Origin: Leptogorgia sarmentosa
Lineage: Eukaryota
Direction of reading: 5' to 3'
Assembly (NCBI GenBank): GCA_964658305.1
Contig: OZ210885.1
Location: forward strand, 18,786,001 to 18,850,000
Length of the DNA: 64,000 bases
Below, in pieces: positions 13,249 to 26,692 of this stretch (positions are counted from its first letter, which is position 1; each line of letters opens with the position of its first letter). The translations under genes and the position numbers were made by a program. The notes beneath the pieces are model-generated. The model saw nothing but the letters and a program-made list of their open reading frames with translations, ran no database searches and had not been told where the DNA came from.

Positions 13249-16237
13249 ATGGCTTCGAAGGAAACAGCGAAAAAAGTTTACGGATCCAAGACAACTATAG
13301 ATCCCAAATCCTGTCGTCTCTGTCGAAGTATTGGTGATTCGAGTCATCGGACAAATATTTTCAAATCTGGGAATCGGGAGTTGCTAAAGATTGCCGAGCA
13401 TTTGTATGGCCATGCTTTGCGCAAAGATACAAGATTGCCTTCACTTGTATGTAGACCGTGCGAGCGACGATTAAAGAATGCTATGGACTTTCGTACCGTG
13501 ATTTCTAAAACGCAGCAAGAATTTCAGGAAAGCCATACAGGAGAAGTTCGGGTGAAACGATGCGTAGAGATTTCTCCTTCGATTCAAAAACCTTCGAAAG
13601 CGCAATCGGTCAGGGCAGCTGTCACTGTATCCGAACACTCTTCTAGTTCTACCAGAACTCGTCTGGATTTTGGTTCAACCGCAACTATTGTTAGTGAGGA
13701 TTTATCGGCAGCCATCGGAGGTCTCCATGTTCAGGTTAGTCTGTTGATTATTGATTTCCTTTAATCCAGTTGCGTCTTGGCGCAAAACATTCTGATTATT
13801 CCCTTGTCAATGATCATTATGATGTGCAAGCCTTAAATACACAAACTTCACAAACTGATAAAATATTAAAACATAACAATGTTTGACAGTTCGTAGGTTC
13901 AGGTGTAGTGACTGTAGAGTTAAAAATGCCTGATAGTGATTACTATTGTGTACATATAAATATAATGCTACAAAATATGTTTGGTGTGGCGAATATTGAC
14001 TGTGTGCAGACAAAGTTATGCACAGTTTCACACTGTCTTTATAATTTATGTGCAAAACAAGTTTTACTTTTATTACTTAGAGTACCAAAACCCCGAAGCA
14101 AAGTGCGGAAAAAGAAGGCAACCTGCTTGAAGTAGCAAACCATGAGCTCATAGAGATTGCAAGACAGGATAAACCATCTGTACTGAGAAATAGGTCTTAT
14201 GGTGGCTTGTGCGAAGACAATTGGATGGATGAAGTAAGAAAAGAGCTCATGACCAGGTGCCCCACTGTTGCAAACATCCTGTCAACTTTACTTGATTGCC
14301 ACATTACACAACCCGGGAAGAGACTTCCACCAATGTGCTTGTTGTATGGGGTTATCATGTTTATACGCTGCCAATATTTGAGCCGAATTCAACGAATCAA
14401 CACTGTACTCTTGATAGAAGGCAAAGCATCTGCTAATGTAAGTTTTATGTATGTAGAAAATTAAAACTCTATCATCAGAGTAAAATAGTGTAGCATTAGG
14501 CAGCATGGGAAAGCAAGTGCCAGGGTTCACTTTGCTGAGTCTAATTGGGTTTATTTGTTTTTTAAGTTGGTGAACCACATGAACAAATATGGTATTTGCT
14601 TGAGTCATTCCAATAAGTACCCTGTGCTTGATGACATTGGCAATCATTTTTTGGATCATGCTGTTGAGCTGGTCAAAGCTGGAAATAAATTTGTCTATGT
14701 TGTGGATAACATAGACTGGGAAGAAAAGGTGCACGACATGAGATCCAGCCATCAGAACAAAAGTGTTCGTGCAGTCGCCACCAGTATGGTCTTCACAAGA
14801 GTTCCAAGTAACTAGTTGACTGATGAAGGTCCACAAAATGATGTTAAAACTTGTGACTTTAAAGGACTAGTTGATATGGACAGCGAAGCAATGAGCAAGA
14901 TTAAAGATCGTTACAAAATCCTTGTAGCCAAAATTCTCCTGGAGAAGTTTGCAGTATTTTCCGATGTAAGATCACTGTTATCTGTCACAACAGAATGTGA
15001 ATATGCTGATTTGACAAGTGAAAAGTCAGAGATAGTCACTCTTCCCGTTTTGATGAAGGATGAAAAAAAATACAGTGATTGTGTGGATGTCCTTGACCAG
15101 TTGGAACAGTGGACTGATGAAATTTATCAAGCTAGTGGACTTTGCAACAAGGACACGGTGTTATCTACTCCCCCACCTTTAACTGGAACCCACTCACATC
15201 CTGACCAACCAAGTTCCCATGTTCCACCAGTTGTGTTCGATGATGATCCTTTGAAAGGCATAAAGATTCCCTGCTTTGGTGATGAATTGACCAGAGTAAG
15301 GTTTCCTGGTGCAAGAGACTTGCGTGCTGGTTGCCATAATGCGAAACAACGCCTTGACCACCTGTACCCTTATAGAATTGTTGGTTGGCACACAAAAAGG
15401 AGTTTCTTAAAGGTACTTAACTTAAGCTGTGGTGACAGTGGGTGGTGTGTTCAGGAATAGTGTTACCTTTACTGTAACTTTGTATGCCATTATGTAAATG
15501 TAATCTTGTTTATGTTTTTTCTAGTCTATATTTAAAAGGCTTTACAAGAGTTCAGGTAGAGAAAAGGGTACCGTGAGATACTTCAGAGAAGCTCTCAATA
15601 GACGCAATGTTACTCTTGACGTGAAACATTATGAAGATTGCGAGCAACTGTTCATGAGTATTGGTCGTTGCTACCTTGTTGAAGCTCTTCTCGACTTTTT
15701 TGGCATAGAGAACATCGATGCAACACCAGTAAGAAACAACGAATTTCTTTCCCGTAGTGTGAGTTGTGAAGAAAAAAAGATTGCCCTGGAAGAAATGTTA
15801 GCAAGTTTTGTTGCAGAATACCTTATACCTGAAACATTGGATTTGGATAGCAACAAAGAGAGAAAAGAGAAAAGGCTATCAATAGAGCAAGTAAAGCTGC
15901 TGGAGGAGTGAGGAAGATTGTTGACACATTTGAACAAGAAGTGTCAATCAGAAGAAAATCTTCATCACATTCTCACAAATCCAGCATTGAAGATGAAAAA
16001 ATGATCAGTCGTGAGCTATCAACACTGAAGCCATTCACAATGATTTCGGGGAGAGCACATGCATCATTTTTGGATGTTTCGTCTGATCCTCTTCACCATT
16101 TGGATGAAGAAAAGTTTTCAGCATGGTTGGAGAGGCATCAGAAAAACCTGTCACTGCATTTTCCCACAGTCGAATTTCAAGCTTCTGAATCTGATGAGGA
16201 CATAGCCTATGCTAATGAGGACATTGAAGATGAGTAG
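13249..16237 (+). pseudogene. AcademH transposase, multi-exon, with N-terminal CxxC..CxxC zinc finger
   Basis: CRLC..CRPC, VVDNID, KDEKK and FGDELT motifs; GT-AG introns (e.g. donor after 13734); in-frame TAG at 14813 and apparent loss of sequence in the 3' part. Confidence 0.8.
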
Positions 16238-16628
16238 TTTCAGTATATGCTACTCGCAGTAAGAACAAAACCAACTTACACTGCTTGTGTATGGGTCAAT
16301 TCTAACCCTTAACTCATGTTCTAATCCTAAGTACGGTAATGGTTTCAGTCTGTAAATATTGTCTCACACTTTAAATTATTGAGAAATCTTATAAACATTT
16401 TCCAAAGTCAAACAGTTTTTAATACATGTAATTTTTCAATCTTGTTCTATTATAACAGTGTTCTAATAGTAATATGAATAGTAGTATGAATAGTGTAATA
16501 TTTAATTAGTAACATGTAGTAACAATAACAAATAATAGTAGTAATTTACTTCCAAATAATATAAGGTAAATAGAATGGTAATAATTTGACCATTCTCTTT
16601 TAAGGACATCAAAAATATTTAAATAATC

Positions 16629-18196
16629 TTACTTGTTGCAAGTAGTACAATCACAGTGCAACAAACAGAAACTACAGCAAGTATGTCCTGGAACAATTGG
16701 TTGTAAATACTTTTCTTCAGTATCCATGGCTACCAACAATAATCTTCTAAGACATCTGTCATCCAATTTGCAGAATGTTCTCATGATATCGTCCATGCCA
16801 ACTTTATTCTTAGCAATATCCCTATTACTATAATAAAGAAGAGCAGATGCTGGTTTCCCATCGCGTCCCGCACGACCAGTTTCCTGTGAATAGGCCTGAA
16901 TCTTGTAAGGTGGGGTGATGTGAACAACATGCCGAATGCCCTTCATATCAACACCCATTCCCAATGCGACAGTCGCAAATATGACTCGAATCACACTTTG
17001 CTCTGAGCACAGCTGCTTCAAGATTTCATCTTTCATATCATCTGTTTGTCGAGAGTGAAATTGCCCAAACAAACGATTACGGGGGATTGGTGGTGATCCC
17101 TCAGGAAAATACTGACTGTGACCCAGAACTGATTCAAACAGTTTGTATGCAAAACCACACCATTTTAGTGGTAGGTATACAATTGTCAAGGGGTAGTTTA
17201 TATGTTCTTCAAGCAAACGGTCTGCCATAGGAGATAAAATTGCTGTTAAGGAGTCAATGTCCTGACCAGTTCGTTTCTGCTTATAATAGGTGATGTTTTG
17301 ACGATCAGGATTACCAATGATTTCAGCACAGTTTCTCAGGCCCAATGAAGTTTTAATTGCCTCCCTATCACTTCTACTTGCAGTAGCTGTCATTGCCAAT
17401 ATGGGTGAATTTGAAAATGTTGCAGAAACAACAGCCAAATTCCCATAATCAATTCGGAAGTCTTGACCCCTATAATGGTTTAATAGAAAATATGGATGTC
17501 AGCTTTCATTACCACTATTGTAGATTAATATAAATGCGAATAATTTGGGGGTATTTTATATGTTTAAGTATTAAATATCTGAGGCAGTTATCAGACTTAC
17601 CATTCTAAAATACAATGAGCTTCGTCAATCACTACAGCACAAACATTATCTTGATATGGCTTTGACTGCATCATTTTCCGGCCATATTTACTCGAGACTA
17701 GGAACTCTGGATGTGCAAACACGATGTTATATTGCCCCTTTTCCAATTTCTCTTTGTCACTGAACTGGAAGTCGCAAGCGACATGAGTATCTTCCTGTTC
17801 ATCCTCAGGATCACTCGAAATTGAATCCTGATCACCAGCTTCTCTCGTCGATGTAGAACGTTTCATACCAACTGCAGCAGCTTCAATCCCCAGTGAATTC
17901 AGGCGATTAATGTGATCCTTGATAAGTGCGTTTAAAGGGGATACCACGATTACAATTGAAGTAATTTTGCTTATAGAAAAGCCATTCTTTCTCGCACATA
18001 ACAGCGCTGGTAGTAGAAAGAATATCAATGACTTCCCATATCCAGTTGGCAACACCGCAAGAGTATCCCGCTGAAGAAAAATACTTTCCAAGCAAATAAC
18101 TTGTTTGGGCTTGAAAATAATTTGGTTGAAAAAACTACTCCGAACAGCAAACTCTAAACACGACAAGAACGACCAGCACTTCGAATTTTTCAACAT
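16629..18196 (-). CDS. AcademH RecQ-like SF2 helicase, 2 exons (18196-17601, 17469-16629), ~478 aa, apparently intact
   Basis: LPTGYGKS; splicing restores DEAHCILEW-GQDFRIDY; MTATA, ATVALGMGVD, QETGRAGRDG and a C-terminal CCxxC. Confidence 0.9.
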
Positions 18197-18355
18197 GGCG
18201 ATAATGAATTATGAATATCTCGCGCGTGAGTCGAGTGTCAAATTATCCTACCCGGGCACGGGAAAAAATTGTCACATGAACCACGTGACCAACCAATGCC
18301 AGGGTCTTTCCGAAGCGGGGCGGGTAGCGGAGGTAAGAGCCTGGGTACGAGGATG

Positions 18356-21300
18356 CAGAGAATGTTGCTGACTCAAACCAGCCACGTAGACTATGAACAA
18401 CTCTGTCGACTGGACGTGTTAGGCTTGGATGACTCGGCAGAGCATGATCGAAACCTAGTTCATGCAGAGTTTAAGGAACAATTGCGACGCTCACCCGAAG
18501 GATGGTACAAGACTGGGATGCCTTGGCGTAGTAATCATCCTACATTGAGATCAAATAAGAATGGCAGCTTATGTCGACTACAGAGCTTGACAAGGAAGTT
18601 GCACCGAGACGCGCATATAGAACAGTACGATAAAGTGATTCGAGAGCAATGGCAAGAAGGCATCATCGAAGAGGCGGCCGAAACCACCACTAACCAAGAG
18701 TTTTACCTTCCACATAAAGGTGTGATTAGAGAGTCAGCAGAGACCACCAAATTATGTGTCGTATATGACGCTTCAGCAAAGTCAGAACCAACGTCACCCT
18801 CACTCAATGAATGTCTAAATCCAGGACCCCCACTACAAAATAAATTATGGGACGTACTAGTGCAGCAGCGAGCTTTCCCTGTTATGGTTTCGGGGGACAT
18901 TCGGCAGGCATTCCTCCAGATCAGAGTCAAAGAGGACGATAGACATGTTTTGAGGTTCCACTGGCGCAAGGATGAAACATCGCCACTCCAGACGTTACGG
19001 TTCACACGAGTTCTATTCGGATTAGCCCCATCACCCTACCTGCTTCAAGGTGTCATCGAGACTCACCCAGATGTCTGGTCTAACAAGTACCCAAACGAAG
19101 TCGAACACTTTCGTCGAAGCATGTATGTTGATGACCTTCTCAGTGGTGGACTGACGCTGGAGCAAGCGGAGACACGGAAAAAGCGAAGTCGTGAGATTCT
19201 GGAAGACGCTACCTTACACTTACATAAGTGGAGCTCAAATGTGCTAGAATTGGAAGCGGAAGGGGATCACCAAAGCGGGGCAACAGAGAGTGAACAGTCA
19301 TACGCAAAGACACAGTTACAAGTCCAGCCACGAGAAACAAAAGTGCTCGGCCTCAGATGGAATAAACGAGACGATACGTTGAAGGTCACCTTCCCAAGGG
19401 ACGATGCACCACCAACAAAACGAGGAATTCTGAGCAAGCTGGCAAAGATCTATGATCCTTTGGGATTGGTGTCGCCTGTAACGTTGGAGGGCAAATGCAT
19501 ATTCCGAGACGTGTGTGACCTGAAGGCACCTTGGGATGCCGATCTTAATGACAAGCAGCTACAAAGATGGAAAGCATGGGAGCGTTCGTTCCCAGAAGAC
19601 CAAGAAGTGCCGAGAGCCATTGTGAGCCAATCGACAGAATCGAGCTGCATTCATTCGGGGACGCATCAACACAGGGGGTTGGAGCAGCGGTCTATGCCGT
19701 GGTAAAACAACCGTTGGGAGTAACACAGCAGCTGGTCGCAGCCAAGAGTCGGTTGGCGAAAAGAGATCTGTCCATTCCACGTCTGGAGTTGGTCTCAGCA
19801 CATATGGCGACCAATCTCCTAGTGAATGTTTGCTCTGCGCTACCGAAGGAACCGACACCAGTGATGTATGTGTGGCTTGACAGCACAGTGGCGCTACACT
19901 GGATAGTTGGCAATGGGACTTACAAACAGTTTGTTGCAAATCAAGTGGCCAAGATCCAAGCTCATCCAACAATTAACTGGCATCATGTGCCAACCCGGGA
20001 GAACTCAGCAGATATCGCAAGTAGAGGGGGCTCTGTTTCGTCATCATCCCTCTGGTGGTCAGGTCCAGACTGGCTTCAGGATCCAACAGCGTGGCCAGAA
20101 AATCCCGTTACACAACGGTCGGCAGCATCCGAATTTGAAGCCAAAGTAGTTCGAGAAGTGCTTGGTGTAGCGAAGTCAACGAGGACCGATCCAGACGTCT
20201 TTGCCGACCTACTAGAAAACAATACGTTGCGTCGTACCCTCCGAATTTTGGCATGGGTAAAGCGGTTTCTCCACAACTGCCGCAGTGAAGCGAAGCGAGG
20301 AGGACCCTTAGACGCGGACGAAGTCGAGGAAGCTAAGAATTGGTGGATCATTCGTATTCAACGCCGAGACGCGACTGAGGCTCATTACCAAGAAACAAGT
20401 GCCCGCCTCAATCTTCGCACAGACGAGCAAGGAATAACGGTATGCGGTGGAAGAATTCTTGGAAGTCATCCTGTCTACTTGCCACGGGATGCATTATTCA
20501 CAGAAAAGTTGGTACAGAGAGTCCACTGCGAGACACTTCACGGGGGAGTCGGGCTCACAATGGCTGCACTGCGAGAGAAGTTCTGGGTCCCTCGACTACG
20601 TAGTTTGGTGAAAGCAGTACGGTCGAAATGCTAGGGGTGTAAGTCGATTACAAGCAAGCACTCCACCAATTCCTGGACAATTACCTAAAGATAGAACCAC
20701 CATCGGTACAGCGTTCGAGATAATTGGTGTCGACTTTGCGGGCCAATAAAATATCGGAAACCGCCGAAGGCAAGGCGATATTTGCGATATTTGCTCGCAG
20801 TCTGTCGAGAGCTGTACATTTAGAAATGATACGTAACCTCGAGACGAATACATTCATCTTGTGTCTGAAACAGTTTATCACACGCCGGGGACGCCCGCGC
20901 GTAGTTTATTCATATAACGGTGGCACGTTTATCAAAACTAGTAAGTGGTTGCAGCAGTTGCGGAAGGATGAGAAGTTGTGTGGATTATTAGAGGACTATG
21001 ACATTACGTGGAAGTTCAACTTGAGTCGGGCACCCTGGTGGGGCGGTCAATTTGAACGCCTCATCGGGGTGGTAAAAACGGCTATGTTTAAGGTTATTGG
21101 AGGAGGACTTCTTGCTTGGGAAGAACTGGGTGAGGTTTTGTTGGATGTGGAAATACAGATAAACCGACGTCCACTGGTATATAACGAAGATGATATCGAA
21201 ATGCCGGTTCTTACACCAGTGCTGTTTCTACATCAAAGAACATGTCAACTGCCCGAAGAAGAGCCGTGGCGAATCGAGGAGAGAGATCTGAAAAAGCGAG

Positions 21301-21719
21301 CAAAATATTTGCTCGAGTGTAAGAACAAGCTATGGTGTCGCTGGAAGAGGGAGTACTTGGCAGCTTTACGCGAGAGACATAATATGGCACACAAAACAAG
21401 CAAATTCCGGCCGAAAGCTGGTGACGTGGTGTTACTAAAGTCAGAGAACAAGAATCGTCGGGCGTGGCCGTTAGGAATCGTGGAAGAAATTTATCCAAGT
21501 AAAGACGACGTCGTCAGAGCTGTACGGGTGAAGACATCGAACGGATCGTTGGAAAGAGCCGTGCAGCATCTATACCTGATGGTATTGCATTGTGAGGTAA
21601 ATAAGAAGTCGCAATCTCTGAATCCTGAAGCTATAAAGTTTAATCCTCGGCCAAAGAGAGATGCTGCTGTCGCCGCAAAGTTACGTATCGAACAGGTTTC
21701 AGAGGAACATAATGACTGA
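18356..21719 (+). pseudogene. BEL-B pol (RT, RNase H, integrase) with stops and frameshifts
   Basis: YLPH, VYDAS, DIRQAF, YVDD, FGDAS, GVDFAG and PWWGGQFERL motifs. Confidence 0.93.
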
Positions 21720-21797
21720 ACAATTTGTAAAACGGACAGAGATAGACAAATTTGTAAGAGTTACTCACAAACAATAATATACATTTCTAGTGGAGTG

Positions 21798-22005
21798 TGT
21801 GGGAAATCGGTTGATATTTAGGGATAGTTAATTTATGCGATTCGTCGTGGGGGGGTAAAAAAGAGAAGAAAAAAAAACACGAGGGAGAACGAGATTGGGA
21901 CGTATTATTAGTGAATTGTTTAAATTATTAAAAGTATTTGGCTTATTTACTCAAGCGGAGACTTCTTTCACAAATACATGTCTAGGGGGCAGACATTTTG
22001 TGAAA
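21798..22005 (+). repeat. 3' LTR of BEL-B
   Basis: Copy of 376-588, preceded by a purine-rich tract. Confidence 0.9.
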
Positions 22006-22009
22006 ATTT

Positions 22010-24134
22010 CAGCACGGACATCACTTGCACGAACTTGATCGAGCTGCATCTATTCAGTGACGCAAGCGAGACTGCCTATGCCGCCGCAGCATAGGCAGTA
22101 TATAAGAATCGTCGACAGCGACGGAGGAATTAACTGTAGATTTATCATGGGAAAGTGTCGTAACTGCCCAATCAAGAGGCCCACCATCCCTCGACTGGAG
22201 CTGATGGCAAGCGTTTTGGCCGTTCATTTAAGTAACATCGTTAAATCCGAGTTAGATTGGAAGATGGATTCCGTCACCTTTTGGACCGACTCCACTACAG
22301 TGCTTCAGTACATCAATGAGAACAGGCGATTCCACCGCTTTGTCGCCACTCGCCTTATAGAGATCCACGAGCATACCACATCAGAACAATGGCAACATGT
22401 TACAGGAGTTCTTAACCCGGCCGACGAAGGATCGAGAGGTTTGCCGATTGAAGTCTTTCGTCCAGATTGTCGCTGGTGGTCGGGACCAACCTTCCTAAGC
22501 CAAGCAGAAGATCAATGGCCATCGTGGAAAGTTACGGATGTTCCGGAAGATGATGAAGAATTACTGAAGCCATCAATTAGACAAAGTGTGTCGGCAGTGA
22601 CAGTAGGGTCCAAACTGGACCACTTGGTAAAAGATGGGTCATCCTGGTCTAAGCTGCAGAAGAGTGTTTCATGGCTTTTACGTTTCGTGCGCTATCTGAG
22701 GCTCAAAGACGAACTCGATGCTCAACGAGTTTTATCACCCAAGGAAATAACCCTAGATGAGTTAAAGAAGGCTTCAGCGGCTATCATAAGAATGGTCCAA
22801 GGTCAACACTATCCGGACGAGATTTTAGCCCTTGAGAGTGGAAGGAGGATCAAGCCTGACAGCAGTCTGCTTACACTATCTCCTATGCTTTGTGACGGGG
22901 TTATTTGTGTCGGTGGTCGCTTGAGACATGCACCACTTACCTCAGAAAACATCCATCCCATGATAGTTCCACATCAACACCATATCGCTGCACTCATCAT
23001 TAGATATTTCCATGAAGTCCTAGAACTTCACGTACTGTCCGTCATCCGTCAGCATTTTTGGATTACCAACGGTCGGGTGTTGACACGTCAAATCCTATGT
23101 CGGTGCGTCACCTGCCGTAAGAGGAACGAAGCTCCCATGAAGCAGATGATGGGTGATCTTCCTAAAGCTCGGCTTATGCCTTTCGAACCACCCTTCACCT
23201 ATACTGGTTTAGATTTTTCGGTCCTTACTATGTCAAACGTGGTCGCGGCACCGAAAAGGTGTATGGTTGCATCTTCGTCTGTTTTACGACTAGAGCAATC
23301 CATATTGAAGATGTCGGATCCCTCGAGGCAGACGATTTCATCCAAGCCTTGCGCCGATTCGTTTGCACACGGGGTGCAACGAAAGAAATATGGAGCGACA
23401 ACGGGACAAACTTTGTGGCGGGTGAAAAGGAGATAAGATCGGCCATTAGGGGATGGAATCAGAAGGCAATAATCGAAGCCATGCAGGAAAGAGGAGTGGA
23501 ATGGCATTCGCAGCTGTTAAAGAAGTGGCATTTCCAACCTCCTACTGCCAGTCACATGTCGGGGGTATGGGAAAGATTAATACGAAGTGTTCGCAAGACG
23601 ATGAAAGCGGTTATTGGTCATCCGAGCACCTTCGTCAAGCGTGAGACGCTACGCACAGTGTTTGCAGAAGCAGCTAACATTCTGAACAGCCGACCTTTTT
23701 GTGCCAGCAGTGAAGATCCGAGCGATCACGAACCGATCACGCCAAGTCATTTGTTACAGCAGCGGCAAGGTCTTGCAGTACCCCCAGGTTTGTTTGAGGG
23801 CTCGGAAATTCACTCCCGCAGGCAATGGCGCAGAGGGCAAGTTCTGGCTAACCATTTTTGGACGCGGTGGGTTTGTGAATATCTACCGGTGTTGCAAGAA
23901 AGAAAGAAGTGGCTATTGAAGAAACGAAATTTGAAGGTTAACGACTAAGTTTTATTAGTGGACACGACACAGCCTAGGGGACACTGGCAACTGGCGAGAG
24001 TAACCAAGGTGTTCCTCGGTGCGGATGAACTCGTGCATACTGCGGAAGTGAAGACCAAGACATCGACGTTGGTGAGGCCAATCTCAAAGTTGTGCTTACT
24101 GGAGGAAGCGAACATGAACACTGGGATCATGTAA
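22010..24134 (+). pseudogene. BEL-A RNase H / integrase, disrupted
   Basis: [32 protein letters not shown] and GVWERLIRS motifs; frameshifts and a stop at 23946. Confidence 0.92.
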
Positions 24135-24209
24135 CACATACGTATAGGTATATTGTAAGATAGTGTATATATTTGAACGTTCAGAGTGACCGTTTCAACG
24201 GGGGGACCA

Positions 24210-24573
24210 TGTTGAGGTAACTCAACACCTCCGGCCAGCAGACTCGCGCATTTCCGGCGATGTTTGAGGGATTTGTTCAATGTGTTTTGGGATTTATATT
24301 GTTTATGCTGTAAGAAAACTTGTTTGGGGATTATTGACATTCGGTAAGACATTGAGGGTTTTGTATGTATTCTGTCCTGTGTGTAAATACTGTTGTGTGT
24401 TGTGGGTATGTCTGATGTAGTTTTTAAATGAATGAAATTTATACTTGTTAGAATAAAACAGTAAAGCCAGAGCGTTTGAGCTGTCACATTCGGGTCAAAA
24501 GAAAATAAACACTGTACATCAGCAAGAAAGACGTATAGGTCGGATGCGCCTATACATGCACGCTACTACAACA
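24210..24573 (+). repeat. 3' LTR of BEL-A
   Basis: Starts TGTTG after a G-rich PPT, ends CAACA, contains AATAAA; Maverick polB codons resume right after. Confidence 0.75.
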
Positions 24574-26383
24574 AAAAGTTTTTGCAGTGGTATACTCCAT
24601 TGAAAGATGTGTTTAACTTCCGAGAAGAAATCCTACTGTCGTTCGGACGTCAACATACTTCGTCGTTGCTGTATGCAATTCCACAAGCTGTTTTGCGACG
24701 TCAGTAATATCGATCCCTTCGAGAAATGTTCGACTATCGCATCGGCGTGTAATCTTGTGTATCGAACAAATGATCTCGAAGAAAACACCATTGCCACTAT
24801 TCCACCACACGGTTATTGTCCCAAAAACAAACAGTCCCTCCTTGCGCTGAGATTGTTATCATATATGGCCTAGAAAAATGAGATTTACATCCAGGATGCT
24901 CATAATGGCGGCGAAAAACATGTTGGTCCTTATTTGTTGGACGGGTATCGCATGGTGAGTTTTTTACTTTAAAATGACAGTTTGAATTTATATACTAATG
25001 AAAAATTTTTTAGGTTGTATCAAATGTTACTCTCACGATACTGTGAATCCTGTTGTGGGAAACACCATGCACGATCTTCACCAATCAACTGTCGAAAAAA
25101 ACGAGTACTTGAAGTCACAGGGTTATAACATGTCAGAAGTTTGGGAGTGCGCCATCAACAGGGAGTTGGCTAACGATGAAGAGATGAAAGTATATTTCGA
25201 TCAGTACGATCTCGTTGATCCTTTGGAACCTCGCGATGCCCTGTACGGTGGACGAACCAACGCAGCCAAGCTTTACCATGAATGCGAAGGCGATGAAAAG
25301 ATAAGGTAAAATTTAGATGAAAAGATGAAAAATTTTACGTGATGTATGACAATAATTTTATGTTTAGGTACGTGGACTTTACGAAAAGGGCTATCACATT
25401 CTTACCATGTGTGGAATTTTCCCAATACCTCCGACGAGTTGTTCAAAAAGTATATTTTAATGCATTTTTGAAAATCAAACAAGAGTCGAGCAGCTACCCG
25501 AAGGATTGTGTGACGGAGGAGCAGAAGCAACATTACATGGACAACTACTTTGAAAACTCGGGTACTTGTCTAGATCCCAACAAGATCGAGCACAATGCAG
25601 GATTACACGCTTTGGCAAAATTCGTTTTGGGGTAAGTATTAGTGAACTTTTATATGCTTTTGAAGTTTTTTATATCGTCTTTTTTATGTTTAGGTAAGTT
25701 TGCCCAGCGTTCCAATATGGTCAAAACCGAACAGATCGACGATCCGCAGGTGTTCTTTGACTATCTTACCTCTATCTTACTAGGTCAACGTGCTCGACGC
25801 TGACCTAGTAAGCAACAATCTTATTGAAGTCCAGTACGAGTATACCGATAACTTTAATCAACCCGATGCAATAACCAACATGGTCATCGCTGCCTTTACC
25901 ACCGCCTATGTGCACATTAAATTGTACGACGTTTTGGATATGTTACAAGAAAGGGTCTTGTACTACGATATAGACTCAGTGATTTTCGTGAGCAAACCGA
26001 ACGAACAGGAACCCCCTCTTGGCAACCATCTGGGTGATTTGACCGACGAGCTGGGAGGGGAATACATTACAGTGTTTGCGTCTGGTGGTCCAAAGAACTA
26101 TTGCTACTGTACCAACAGCGGAAAAGTTGAGACCAAAGTCTGTGGCATTACCTTGGACTGTACGGCGCGGCAAAAAGTGAATTTTGACGTGATTCGGGCA
26201 TTGGTGTATTTGCACGCCGAGTGTCAAGTGACAGGAAGCGTTTCCGTGGACATTCCGTTTAGAATCACAAGAAATCCCCAAACAAAGGAAATCGAGACAA
26301 AACGCAGGAAAAAAGACTATCGCATTGTTTATGACAAACGTGTAATTGTAAATAATTGCAAAACATTACCTTATGGATATTAA
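24574..26383 (+). pseudogene. Maverick protein-primed DNA polymerase B, C-terminal half, three introns
   Basis: YCRSDV, TIASAC, HGC..C, YGGRT, YVDFT, SFWGKFAQ, YYDIDS and GPKNY motifs; introns 24955-25013, 25306-25367 and 25632-25693; internal deletions. Confidence 0.92.
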
Positions 26384-26479
26384 ATAGTTACAAAAGTTAT
26401 ACTTAAAAATAAATGTGATTTATAAAACGATGAGTGTCCAACTATTTTTCAAACATGTTTGCAGTGCGAGTAGCACATA

Positions 26480-26692
26480 TTACTCTATTTCTATTTCATC
26501 CAAAAACCTTCCCAAAATGTCGTACTCTTCAGAAATATATCCCCACTGCACACATCCATCCCAAACTTTATCGATAAACTTTTTATCATCGTATGTTTTA
26601 CATTCCTCACCGTTTGGGAACCACTGGTCTTCTTCTTCGTCTGTTATATCTTCCATGATCTTATTCCAAAAGTTGGAAGCTGTCATGTTCAC
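26480..26692 (-). CDS. Small acidic Maverick accessory ORF of unknown function
   Basis: 70-aa ORF converging on the polB stop; no recognisable motif. Confidence 0.35.
   Translation of the reverse strand: MNMTASNFWNKIMEDITDEEEDQWFPNGEECKTYDDKKFIDKVWDGCVQWGYISEEYDILGRFLDEIEIE

Larger units (their letters stand above)
12911..18355. mobile_element. AcademH DNA transposon (transposase + RecQ-like helicase, convergent genes)
   Basis: 74-bp TIRs (12911-12984 / 18282-18355, 1 mismatch) and a perfect 9-bp TSD CAGAGAATG (12902-12910 / 18356-18364). Confidence 0.95.
376..22005 (+). mobile_element. BEL/Pao LTR retrotransposon B, carrying two Academ insertions
   Basis: Matching LTRs at 376-588 and 21798-22005, TSD ATTT (372-375 / 22006-22009), PBS-like TGGCACC at 591, gag-PR-RT-RH-IN remnants. 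Confidence 0.93.
1..24573 (+). mobile_element. BEL/Pao LTR retrotransposon A (5' part outside window), interrupted by element B and inserted in the Maverick polB gene
   Basis: The pol frame 1-375 (TKRGILS..FDPLG..RCYF) rejoins at 22010 as RCYF-STDITCTNLIELHLFSDAS once B is removed. RNaseH/integrase run to 24134, followed by a polypurine tract and a 3' LTR at 24210-24573. Confidence 0.9.

Noticed and set aside
16629..18196. Host RecQ/WRN/BLM gene
   Set aside because: It lies inside TIRs with a 9-bp TSD and is a compact helicase core, i.e. AcademH cargo.
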